From Proteobacteria bacterium UBA6503 (GTDB lineage: Bacteria; Pseudomonadota; Alphaproteobacteria; UBA1280; UBA6503): DNA of 64,000 bases. The notes below the pieces were generated by a model. It was not told the DNA's origin. It was given only the letters and a program-made list of their open reading frames with translations, and ran no database searches. Position 1 is the stretch's first letter. Each line of letters begins with the position of its first letter. Below are positions 18,360 to 26,971 of the stretch, in pieces. The position numbers and the translations under genes are program-made. Location of the stretch: the NCBI GenBank assembly GCA_002436405.1, contig DJLZ01000001.1:58056-122055 (forward strand), written 5' to 3'.

Positions 18360-18428
18360 AATTTGTTATATGTTGTGTTTCGCCTTCGGCCAAACTAAGG
18401 GAAAAGTTGCACTTTGCCTACTAAAAAA

Positions 18429-20441
18429 CTACTTATTTTGGCAATCAGGCCCCCAAAGGCCAGCCATTTTCAGGAAACTGTAGTGCTGATCTGTAAGTAC
18501 TGGGCATTTCCCCTCTTCAATGCTTGCTATTTCCCAAATATTTTCAGGGGCATTTTGCAACATTTTACCTGTAGTCTCAGACGTATAAAAGGCATACCAA
18601 GCATAGGGGTAATCATTATGTTTATTCAAAGCGGCATTGGGCGCAAAAGAGACTTTAAACCCTGCCGCATTCGCCGTTGAAACCAAGGCATTATGATGAT
18701 CAAAATAAAGACTTGGCACAATCGTCAGAATAACACCATCATGGTTTAAGCTTTTAGCATAATGCTGGAAAGCCTCTTTTGTTACAAGATGGGTTGGCAA
18801 TGTAAGGCCACTATGAGCCGTGTTAACAATCACATCATATTTAGGGCTCTCTTTCGCCGGAAAAGCAATGCGTCCATCACCGTAAACTACCTGACCTTCG
18901 CGGGCACAAACCCTCTGGAAGGTAAAGAGATTATTATCACTCGCAAGCTCAGCAACTTGAGGGTTAATCTCATAAAAATCTACAGTTTGTGTTGGCACTG
19001 TATAACATGCTGTGTTGCCCGGGCCCATACCGATTACTGCAACACTACCATCCCAATAACGGGGGGCACCAATCATGTATTGTAAGTACATTGCTGTGCG
19101 GGGAACCATACGACGCATATCTTGAAACTCGTGGGCGGTGCCATTATTGTAATAAACATGAAGCGGCCCCTCTTGCATAACTTTTAAGACACCGTAATAA
19201 CTGCGCCACTGGGCTAACGTATTGGGGATATTAAAAGCCTGCACCCAAAGCCCACACACAACCAGAACAAAGCCTACACTTAGCGTTTTAGGCATCCATT
19301 CTTTTTGAAACATAGGCCAGACAGCACCCATAAGGAGCAGAATGAAAAAAACCGGGTATTCATAAATATCATTCAAAATAACAGGCAAAATTTGCGCATT
19401 AAGCAGCCCTGCAATCATACCTGCAAAAGCAATGTAAACGTAAAACAACGCCGTATGTTTTTGCTCAGGGCGCTGCTGGTATAAACGCCCATGGCCGTAG
19501 CAACACGCCGCAAAAAAGGCGATTAAGTGCACGCCAAAAACAGACCACCCCTTTGCTCCATGCAGGAGTGCCGCGGCCGAGATCGCCAGTCCAACCGTAA
19601 TAGCAAGAACTTGCAACATACGTGGGCGCAGAATGCCAGAGAATGCCACAACATAGCTCAGCAAAAATAGCCCTAACGGCACCACCCAAATAAGTGGCAG
19701 ATTAGCAATTTCATTACTTAAATACTGTGTGTACGCGTGTAAAAGAGAGGTGGTTAAAAATGGCCAAACAAGCCAACCCCACCCATCTTTGTGCTGCACC
19801 CCCTCGTAAGGCTTTACGGATTGACGGGGCGTTACAAAATACACATAAGTCACGAGCCCCAAGAAGGTAAAGACACCCAACTTCCACATGGTTAGCAGCT
19901 GCGCCTGCTCAAACGCTGGCAATAAAAATAGCGGTGTAATTACCAAAGCGGCAAAACTACCTGCATTGCTAAAACTATAAAGTACGTAACGGTTTTTAGC
20001 AGTGCTATTTGCCAACTGTTGCTGAATAAATGGCGTTGCAATCGTTAAAAGAAGCACAGGTAACAAAATATGGTAGAGCTGACCAACAAGGGGGAGCAAG
20101 CCGATAGGCTCAGACGGGAAAGCAACGGGGATTGGCATCACTAACTGCACAGCCGTACCAATTAAAAGTACGCCAAAAATCAGTTTACTGTGCTTCGTGA
20201 ACTGACATAAAAATACCAAGCTATACCCTACAAACAACAGCGCTTGAAACGTAAACAGAAGCGTATTCCAAACTGTTGCAACGCCTCCAAATGCCATCAC
20301 CATTTGGCGCCCCCATAGGGGTTGAATCAAAAATAGTAAAAATGCCGCCAAGCCAACAGCAATAAAGCCCGCAAAAATTCTCACAAGACTAGGCATAGAT
20401 GCCACGTTATTGTGTCTATTTTGCAATTGTGCCTTTTTCAT
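18429..20441 (-). CDS. Polytopic membrane protein fused to a spermidine-synthase-like (class I methyltransferase fold) domain
   Basis: About 400 residues of repeated hydrophobic helices, followed by VAVIGMGPGNTACY, DFYEINPQV and YDVIVNTAHSG, which resemble aminopropyltransferase motifs. Confidence 0.65.
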   Translation of the reverse strand: MKKAQLQNRHNNVASMPSLVRIFAGFIAVGLAAFLLFLIQPLWGRQMVMAFGGVATVWNTLLFTFQALLFVGYSLVFLCQFTKHSKLIFGVLLIGTAVQLVMPIPVAFPSEPIGLLPLVGQLYHILLPVLLLTIATPFIQQQLANSTAKNRYVLYSFSNAGSFAALVITPLFLLPAFEQAQLLTMWKLGVFTFLGLVTYVYFVTPRQSVKPYEGVQHKDGWGWLVWPFLTTSLLHAYTQYLSNEIANLPLIWVVPLGLFLLSYVVAFSGILRPRMLQVLAITVGLAISAAALLHGAKGWSVFGVHLIAFFAACCYGHGRLYQQRPEQKHTALFYVYIAFAGMIAGLLNAQILPVILNDIYEYPVFFILLLMGAVWPMFQKEWMPKTLSVGFVLVVCGLWVQAFNIPNTLAQWRSYYGVLKVMQEGPLHVYYNNGTAHEFQDMRRMVPRTAMYLQYMIGAPRYWDGSVAVIGMGPGNTACYTVPTQTVDFYEINPQVAELASDNNLFTFQRVCAREGQVVYGDGRIAFPAKESPKYDVIVNTAHSGLTLPTHLVTKEAFQHYAKSLNHDGVILTIVPSLYFDHHNALVSTANAAGFKVSFAPNAALNKHNDYPYAWYAFYTSETTGKMLQNAPENIWEIASIEEGKCPVLTDQHYSFLKMAGLWGPDCQNK

Positions 20442-20498
20442 TATAAAAACCTGTTTATTTTCAATGGGTTATAACATCATACAACCGGGATAGCAGCT

Positions 20499-20526
20499 TT
20501 CTCAAAAGCCTCGTTGAGTATATAAT
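20499..20526 (+). promoter_or_regulatory. Candidate sigma70-type promoter for the usher-like gene
   Basis: TTCTCA (20499..20504), 16 nt, then TATAAT (20521..20526), about 37 nt upstream of the ORF start. Confidence 0.35.
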
Positions 20527-20562
20527 ATATGAGTTGCATAAAAATAAGAAAATGTAGAAAAA

Positions 20563-23500
20563 GTGAATAAGCTCAAAACCATATGTATTGATATGTGTTC
20601 TAAGCCCCTGCCCCTGTGGCGGGTTTTTGTGCTTGCAGCAGCTTTATTTACACCTGTTCTTGCCCATGCAGCAGAAGAGTCGTGGTTGCAGCGCCTCGTT
20701 TCATTTGATACAGCAAGCGCCGCCCCCGTTAATATGGCGAACAGCTATGAGCTTAGGCAAGTTAACTTTGAAACAACCTGCCTTGTAGACGGTGAAAAGT
20801 TCCGCCCCCTATTCAACCCATACATCAACAAACCTATTGATGATGCAACCGTATTGCGCTTGATGCGCCAAATTCGTTCATCGCTTGCAAAACAAGGTTT
20901 CCGTAATGTGCAGATGGGTTACCCAACATCAAAACGCCTAAATGGTGCTATTACCATTTCGATTGCGGCTGATGTGCCAAGCGCCATGCTAGCGGATGCT
21001 AAAGAGCAATGCTCAGGCAGCCCTATTCGCGTCGCAAATGCCGGTAATACAACAAACATTAGCCAAGTGCTTTTAGGCGGTATGGTTGCAGTGGACCCCT
21101 TGCCATTTGTTGCTGAAGCCCAACAAATGCGCGGTAAAAAGTTTAACTCTGTTGAGGTGATTCGCCTTATGCAGAAAATTCGTACGGCATACCGCAATGC
21201 TAAACAGCCCCTACCCTACATTTCTTTTGACCGTGAACTGGCCCATGAAGGTACTTTGCAGCTTACCGTCGTTGAGAAAAAGCGTAAGAATATTGAGCCC
21301 GAGTACGTTAGCCCGGAAGATATTCCAGTCCGTGTAGCTAAACCTGCGGCTGCACCTGCCGCAAACCCACCACAAGCCATTACGCAGGCAAAGCGGGCTC
21401 CTCAAGGCACACCAATAGCACAACCAACAGTCAAACCAGCGGTAAAGCCGACAACACCGCCAGCCAAGCCTACCAGCGAAGGCATTGAAGATAAGGGCGT
21501 GCGCGTAGCGCAGCCCAAGCCCCCAACTAAAACAATTGTGCCTGTACAACAAACCGATGAAGATAAAAAACCAAAAACACCGGATACCACTGGCCCAGCT
21601 TTTGTTTTAGCCCCGACTGCAAAACCTTCGGCTGATGCCCCAGTCGTTGTAGAACCACAAGTTCCTGCTGATTTTGACCTCTCAAAAACAGAAGACGAAT
21701 TGATTGCTGAGCAAGAGGTTACAGAAGCTGAAACCCCTGAAAATGTTGACCTTATTTTAGTCGACGATCAGGCCACAGCCTTCCTCGACGGAGAGACACC
21801 TGTTGACCTTGAATTTACTGAACGTACAGAAAACGAGCTTTTAATTCTGGAAACATTCATTGAAGGCGAACCACGCGATGAGGCGCTTCTTGCATACTCA
21901 ACCACTGATACAAAGAAGCTACTGATTTCACTGACAAGCTTTGTAAACGCACTAGGGGTGCCCATTAATGTAAACCCAGAAAGTGGCCGAGCTGAAGGCT
22001 GGTATATCACGGAAGATAACCAATTTTTACTTAACTACCCCTTTGAGCATGCTGTGATGGGGCAAAAACGCTATCAGCTTAAAGAAGGTAGCGCTGAACT
22101 ACATTTTGACGATATTTATGTTTCAGCCTCAGCACTTGAAGGTCTATTTAACGTCAATCTTGAGCTCAACTTCTCGGCTTTGCAGCTTTTCATTACCCCA
22201 AAAGAGACACTACCTTATCAAGCTAAGAATGAGCGTTACGTCAAATGGAATCAGCTGCAAAAAGCGCGCGACATGGTGAAAAACCGCCCGCAAGCCCCAC
22301 GCCAAGATATTGAGTACCAGATGGCCGCCAAACCCACTGTACGTATTGACACAAGAACGGGTGTAAACAAGCGTGATGGCTCTAGCCATGAACTTACACA
22401 AAACATTAGTGCCATTACCCAAGGCGACCTTTTTGGTTTTTCACATCAAACTGTAACCTCACTCCTAAAACAAGCAGGGGAAGATTATGAGATCGATAGC
22501 TTTGAAGTTTTGTTCAGAAAACAAGATGATAAAAACGATCTATTTGGCCCTTTGAATGCAAGCATGGTGCAGTGGGGTGATATTACACTAACACCTACGC
22601 CACTCATTGAAGGAACACGTAAGGGGCGTGGTATTGAGGTTTCTAACCAGCCTATTAGTTATGTTCGTGACCCGAACAACCTAACAATTGAAGGGTTTGC
22701 GCCACCTAACTGGGATGTTGAGGTTTTTCAGGATGAACGGCTGGTTGACTTTATTACAATCGACAGCAGCGGACGATATGAATTTACGGCCGTCCCTTTG
22801 CGCTCGGGTTTAAACATTTTCCGTATTGTAGAACACGGACCAAACGGTGAACTCCGCGAGACAACTCGTCGCTACTTCCTTGGGACTGGACAAGTTAAAG
22901 AAGGTGAGTTTTTGTATTCACTAGCAGCCCTAGAAGGCACAAAACCTCTTATTGAAATTGGCAACAATGCTGACCGCCAAGACTTAGGCTCGGCCTTCAA
23001 GTTAAACTCTTCGTATGGTTTAACACCTGAGCTTACGCTTACATCTGGCCTATACAATGGTGCCATTAACACCCTTGATACAACAGCTGCTACAGTTGGT
23101 TTGCGCGCGTCAGTATGGGAATCATTCCTACAGCTAGATACTATGGCTGAAGAAAACGGTGGGCGTATTTACAGTGCCTCTGCGCGCCGAAACTTTACGC
23201 GTACATTCCAGTTACTTGTAGGTGGTGAAACCAGCTCGGGCTTTAGCGGTACCGTCCGCCCAGATAAAAGTAGCTACTATGCACGTATTGATAATAGCAT
23301 TCAACTTGGTGAACTACACCCGATTGGTTTTTCTGTTGGTTACCGCCGCGAATTTTTCAATGATGGTCAATCGCCTGTAACACGCTGGCAGAACCGTTTA
23401 AACACATTCTTCAACCGATTTAATGTGTCAAACGAGCTTGAGCTAGAGCAGCGTGAAAATACACCAGACCTACTACAAGGTGATTTCTTAGTACGTAAAA

Positions 23501-24411
23501 ATGCTTTTGGAGGATATTGGCGCGGTCAGGTGAGTTACCGGAACCAAGAAAAGCAGTTTGATTTTGAAAGCATTAACCTACGTGGTCAGTTCCAGCTTGC
23601 CCCTACCGTCACCTATATTGGTGAAATTAACCGTACCTTGTTAAATGAAAAAGAAACCCGCCTTAATAATCGACTAACATGGGAATGGGATGCCCTACGC
23701 CTTGGGTTAGAAACCGAAATTAATAACTCTGGTGAGTACCGCCTAGGATTTAACGTAGGTACAACATTTGTACCAAATGAAATGGGTTACACCCCCATGG
23801 CTAGCCGCACAGCCTCAAGCGAAGGCAATGTATTGGTACGTGTATTCTTGGATGAAAACGAAGATAAAATTTACCAAGAAGGTGAAGAAGTTCTACCCGG
23901 CGTAACAATCCGAAACCGAAGCCGTGGCGGTACTGCCATCACAACAGATAATGGCGTCGCTGCACTGGGACGCATGGCGGTATTCCAACCAAACCAGATG
24001 CTTGTAGACTCAACAACGCTACCAGATTTTTACATGCAACCTGCCGATGCTCTAGTCAGCGTGATTGCACGCCCAGGTATTATTGGTACTGTTGATATGC
24101 CTATTTACCTACTAGGTGAAATTGCAGGTACGATTACACTTAACCAAGGCGGGGAAACTACAATTCTTGAAGGTGCACCTGTCACAATTTATGACGAAGC
24201 AGGCAAGCGTCTAAGTAGCCTCAAGTCAGAATATGATGGTTTTTACGTCTTCCCATCACTGCGTATGGGTAATTACAAGCTCGTTATCCCAGCGCAATAC
24301 CTTGAACGCTATGGCATTGAGGAACCTATCGAGGTTGCCGTTAACCTACAAGCTGAAGAGAACATCATGGACATGGTGGACATTGAAATTAACGCTGTTG
24401 CCAGTAACTAG
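20563..24411 (+). CDS. Very large outer-membrane usher-like protein (1282 aa) with an atypical N-terminal extension
   Basis: Signal-like LPLWRVFVLAAALFTPVLAHA. The mid-region NWDVEVFQDERLVDFITIDSSGRYEFTAVPLRSGLNIFRIVEHGPNGELRETTRRYF mirrors the FimD/PapC plug-proximal motif (V.V..NG......V..G.F.I......G...L.V.V.E.dG). A long Tyr/Gly/Asn-rich stretch with beta-strand character follows. The C-terminal prealbumin-like segments are GNVLVRVFLDEN and DGFYVFPSLRMGNYKLVIP. The start could be the GTG at 20563 or the ATG at 20593. Confidence 0.6.
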   Translation: MNKLKTICIDMCSKPLPLWRVFVLAAALFTPVLAHAAEESWLQRLVSFDTASAAPVNMANSYELRQVNFETTCLVDGEKFRPLFNPYINKPIDDATVLRLMRQIRSSLAKQGFRNVQMGYPTSKRLNGAITISIAADVPSAMLADAKEQCSGSPIRVANAGNTTNISQVLLGGMVAVDPLPFVAEAQQMRGKKFNSVEVIRLMQKIRTAYRNAKQPLPYISFDRELAHEGTLQLTVVEKKRKNIEPEYVSPEDIPVRVAKPAAAPAANPPQAITQAKRAPQGTPIAQPTVKPAVKPTTPPAKPTSEGIEDKGVRVAQPKPPTKTIVPVQQTDEDKKPKTPDTTGPAFVLAPTAKPSADAPVVVEPQVPADFDLSKTEDELIAEQEVTEAETPENVDLILVDDQATAFLDGETPVDLEFTERTENELLILETFIEGEPRDEALLAYSTTDTKKLLISLTSFVNALGVPINVNPESGRAEGWYITEDNQFLLNYPFEHAVMGQKRYQLKEGSAELHFDDIYVSASALEGLFNVNLELNFSALQLFITPKETLPYQAKNERYVKWNQLQKARDMVKNRPQAPRQDIEYQMAAKPTVRIDTRTGVNKRDGSSHELTQNISAITQGDLFGFSHQTVTSLLKQAGEDYEIDSFEVLFRKQDDKNDLFGPLNASMVQWGDITLTPTPLIEGTRKGRGIEVSNQPISYVRDPNNLTIEGFAPPNWDVEVFQDERLVDFITIDSSGRYEFTAVPLRSGLNIFRIVEHGPNGELRETTRRYFLGTGQVKEGEFLYSLAALEGTKPLIEIGNNADRQDLGSAFKLNSSYGLTPELTLTSGLYNGAINTLDTTAATVGLRASVWESFLQLDTMAEENGGRIYSASARRNFTRTFQLLVGGETSSGFSGTVRPDKSSYYARIDNSIQLGELHPIGFSVGYRREFFNDGQSPVTRWQNRLNTFFNRFNVSNELELEQRENTPDLLQGDFLVRKNAFGGYWRGQVSYRNQEKQFDFESINLRGQFQLAPTVTYIGEINRTLLNEKETRLNNRLTWEWDALRLGLETEINNSGEYRLGFNVGTTFVPNEMGYTPMASRTASSEGNVLVRVFLDENEDKIYQEGEEVLPGVTIRNRSRGGTAITTDNGVAALGRMAVFQPNQMLVDSTTLPDFYMQPADALVSVIARPGIIGTVDMPIYLLGEIAGTITLNQGGETTILEGAPVTIYDEAGKRLSSLKSEYDGFYVFPSLRMGNYKLVIPAQYLERYGIEEPIEVAVNLQAEENIMDMVDIEINAVASN

Positions 24412-24603
24412 ACTAGTAACTAAGCGAGTAACTAGAGACAGAGCCTTTCATTAAACCTTCACAGGTTCATAGGGCCATTCCACACAGACAATGAGCATGC
24501 ACGCAGCACGCCGCACTAAGACTACAACCCCTCACCCTTCAAGACTTCATTAAGGGCTCATATAGCCCCTCTTCAGTACAAACACCAATAAGTACTTAGG
24601 ACA

Positions 24604-24636
24604 TAAAAAAAGGCCCCAGACGTACATCTGAGACCT
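24604..24636 (-). terminator. Strand-specific rho-independent terminator ending the fibre-subunit/chaperone operon
   Basis: On the minus-strand RNA, AGGUCUCAGA / UCUGGGGCCU form a 10-bp stem (two G-U wobbles) with a 6-nt loop, followed by U7. On the plus strand the same positions are C-A mismatches. Confidence 0.7.
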
Positions 24637-24652
24637 TTAAAATTAGGAGAAA

Positions 24653-25462
24653 TTATAGAGTAATTTTCTCTTCTGTAATCACTTCAGCTCCAGGCTCTGG
24701 GCTTACGTAGAGACGAAGAACAAAAGTCCCTTTAGCTGTAATCTCAGGCAGTAGCGGCACTGTACGTTCAATGCGGTCAACCTCGCGGTAGATACGCACC
24801 CACATCGGTGATGATGCAACTTCTTCACCTGCTGGTGTTTCTTTAAAAATACGAAGGAAGCCATTTGCTTCAGCATTACCGCCGCGCTTAAATTCAACAG
24901 TCATCCCCTTCGGTTCTGCTTGGGGTGTCACTGTACCGAATGAAAGATCTGATTCAACAGTACCGGCCTGCACAATAACAGGGATAGCCACCCCGTAACG
25001 GGCACCAACTTCAAAGCTGAAAGTACGGTCTTCGTCTGTATTTTGTTCAACAGGCTCTTCAACTTGTTGTTCACGGAAAAGCATATGAGTATGATAGTCA
25101 CCATCTGCAAGGTCGCGCGGACGACGCACCATTACACGTACTGTTTGGCGTTCGCCAGGCTCAAGCTCAACAGAGCGTGGCACATAGCGCAACATACGCT
25201 TAGCTGAATATTCAAATGTATCAACACGTTTCGTAGCTCCAGCTTCAGTCATAACACTATCAATCAGTGTAATTTCGTAGCGGCGCTTATAGTCAGATTG
25301 GTTGGCAACTGTTACTTCTGTTGTGCGGTCGCCAGAGGCAATCACAGCACGGTGGGGCGAAATAAATAGCAGACTGCTAGCTGATGCATTGTAAGCCAAG
25401 CCTCCACCAACAACTACACATACGGTTAGAACTTTGAACAAGTTAGATAATTTCATATTCAT
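24653..25462 (-). CDS. PapD-like periplasmic fibre chaperone
   Basis: Signal peptide, then LLFISPHRAVIASGDRTTEVTVANQSD..YEITL and VELEPGERQTVRVMVRRP. This is the typical pili-assembly-chaperone N-domain pattern (isP.r......evtv.N.s......L.PG..q.vRv). Confidence 0.7.
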   Translation of the reverse strand: MNMKLSNLFKVLTVCVVVGGGLAYNASASSLLFISPHRAVIASGDRTTEVTVANQSDYKRRYEITLIDSVMTEAGATKRVDTFEYSAKRMLRYVPRSVELEPGERQTVRVMVRRPRDLADGDYHTHMLFREQQVEEPVEQNTDEDRTFSFEVGARYGVAIPVIVQAGTVESDLSFGTVTPQAEPKGMTVEFKRGGNAEANGFLRIFKETPAGEEVASSPMWVRIYREVDRIERTVPLLPEITAKGTFVLRLYVSPEPGAEVITEEKITL

Positions 25463-25542
25463 TCGCTTTTATTATTAATATATTCTTACACACATATGGA
25501 ACAAGCCATAAAATCAAATATTTTCGAAGTTTAGCACTAGTT

Positions 25543-26091
25543 TTATTGATAAACCACATCAAAAAGCATTGAGGTGCCACCCGGGTTATCGGTTGCATAA
25601 TACCCTGGTCCAATTGGGATACCACCAGTACCATCAATGCGTGTACCAATTAAGACTGTGTTATAAACACCGAAAAACAGAGTAATTGAAAGAACCGTAT
25701 TACCAATACCGTTGCACGTTGCACCTGTACCAAAGGGCCCAGTGCCAAATACGCTTGAAACCTCAACCTCTGAAATGAGTAGTGCCGAGCCTGCGCTGTT
25801 TGTCATGACGGCTGTTGGATTACACGAAATATCAACTCGGTTAAAAAAGCCACCGCCAATTTGAAAACGCCCTGGAACACCAACACCTGTACCAGAATAC
25901 CCGGGGCCATAAGCAATTGCGCCATTGGCACCCATATCGATATTACCATTTGCACCCGCAACATAATCAATAGTTCCATAAGCGCTATCTACAACATTAG
26001 AAAAGCTAATCATACCACCAGCAGCAGCAAATTGGGCGCTCATCACGCCGCAAATAGCCGATAATACCAGTAGTTTAATTTGCTTCTTCAT
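25543..26091 (-). CDS. Secreted fibre subunit-like protein (DUF4402-like), 182 aa
   Basis: Signal peptide MKKQIKLLVLSAICGVMSAQFAAA, Gly-rich, and a Cys pair (DISCNPT ... GATCNGIG). The C-terminal tail MLFDVVYQ resembles the FimA tail FKVQYQ. Confidence 0.6.
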   Translation of the reverse strand: MKKQIKLLVLSAICGVMSAQFAAAGGMISFSNVVDSAYGTIDYVAGANGNIDMGANGAIAYGPGYSGTGVGVPGRFQIGGGFFNRVDISCNPTAVMTNSAGSALLISEVEVSSVFGTGPFGTGATCNGIGNTVLSITLFFGVYNTVLIGTRIDGTGGIPIGPGYYATDNPGGTSMLFDVVYQ

Positions 26092-26162
26092 TCTCTTACC
26101 TTACGGGAGTCTTCTCCTCATTACAAACGTTGAAATGAACACTTAGTTCCGCAGTGAGTACC

Positions 26163-26813
26163 TTAAATATAATTAATCTCAAAAGATACTGGCTGCCCAT
26201 CTGGGTTTGAGGTTGTGTAGCGGGCGGCCGCAAGTTTATTGCTTACTTGTACGCGGGCGCCAATAAACAAGGTGTTGTCATCAGACTGAGAGGTAATAAC
26301 ATGGCTAATTGCTGGGGCCGCATCACCTGCACACTGAACACCTTCACCATAATCGCCAGTATTTTGTGTACCTGCAGCAACCTCAACATCGGAAATCGGC
26401 ATTTTTTGAAAACCGCTTGATAAAGCACCTTCCTTAGAACAGCTAACCTGCACAATTTCACCTTCTACACCTTTAATAACAACTGAGGCACCTGATACTT
26501 TAGCCAAAAGCTCTCGGCTCTTGAGGTCAGTCACATTTTGATTTGTACCGATACCCAAATCACCTTTTGGCAGACGACGCAGTTGGAACATCACATGAAA
26601 AAGTTCAAATGTTGAAGCCGCAATAAAATTAACATAGGCCTCAATGTAAATTGAACTTGTTCCCTTAGAGCGGAGGTTGGTTGCACTGTAAGACGAAAAT
26701 GGGAAAAACGCGACCACTGCCGATGCAAGAATTAAAACAGGGGCAAGGTATCGTTTAACACGAAGACTATGCCCCTGGTTTAATGCTGATGACTCTGTCG
26801 CAAATTTTTTCAA
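26163..26813 (-). CDS. Fibre subunit-like protein (DUF4402-like), 216 aa, with a long atypical N-terminus
   Basis: A hydrophobic segment LAPVLILASAVVAFFPF follows a 23-residue polar start. It has a Cys pair (VSCSKEG ... GVQCAGDA) and the C-terminal tail VSFEINYI. Confidence 0.55.
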   Translation of the reverse strand: MKKFATESSALNQGHSLRVKRYLAPVLILASAVVAFFPFSSYSATNLRSKGTSSIYIEAYVNFIAASTFELFHVMFQLRRLPKGDLGIGTNQNVTDLKSRELLAKVSGASVVIKGVEGEIVQVSCSKEGALSSGFQKMPISDVEVAAGTQNTGDYGEGVQCAGDAAPAISHVITSQSDDNTLFIGARVQVSNKLAAARYTTSNPDGQPVSFEINYI

Positions 26814-26897
26814 TTTACATCTACCTGCAAAAGTTAAAAGTTATAGTTATTAAAGTTTAAGTCTTACCCTCTACTTATATAAATTCTTTTGCCAGTG

Positions 26898-26938
26898 GAG
26901 TGCTACCAACTTAAAGGGGGATCTAAGCGGTAGCACTC
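26898..26938 (-). promoter_or_regulatory. Intercistronic stem-loop just downstream of the first (major) subunit gene
   Basis: Perfect 10-bp stem GAGTGCTACC (26898..26907) / GGTAGCACTC (26929..26938) with a 21-nt loop. It lies 34 nt after the stop of the 199-aa gene and has no U-run. Confidence 0.4.
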
Positions 26939-26971
26939 TTAGCGGAGACTGGCTAAAGATTTACATCTTTC

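Noticed and set aside
24555-24585. Weak hairpin GGGCT-CATAT-AGCCC after the usher-like gene as its terminator
   Set aside because: The stem is only 5 bp and has no U-run. This is not enough to call a terminator.
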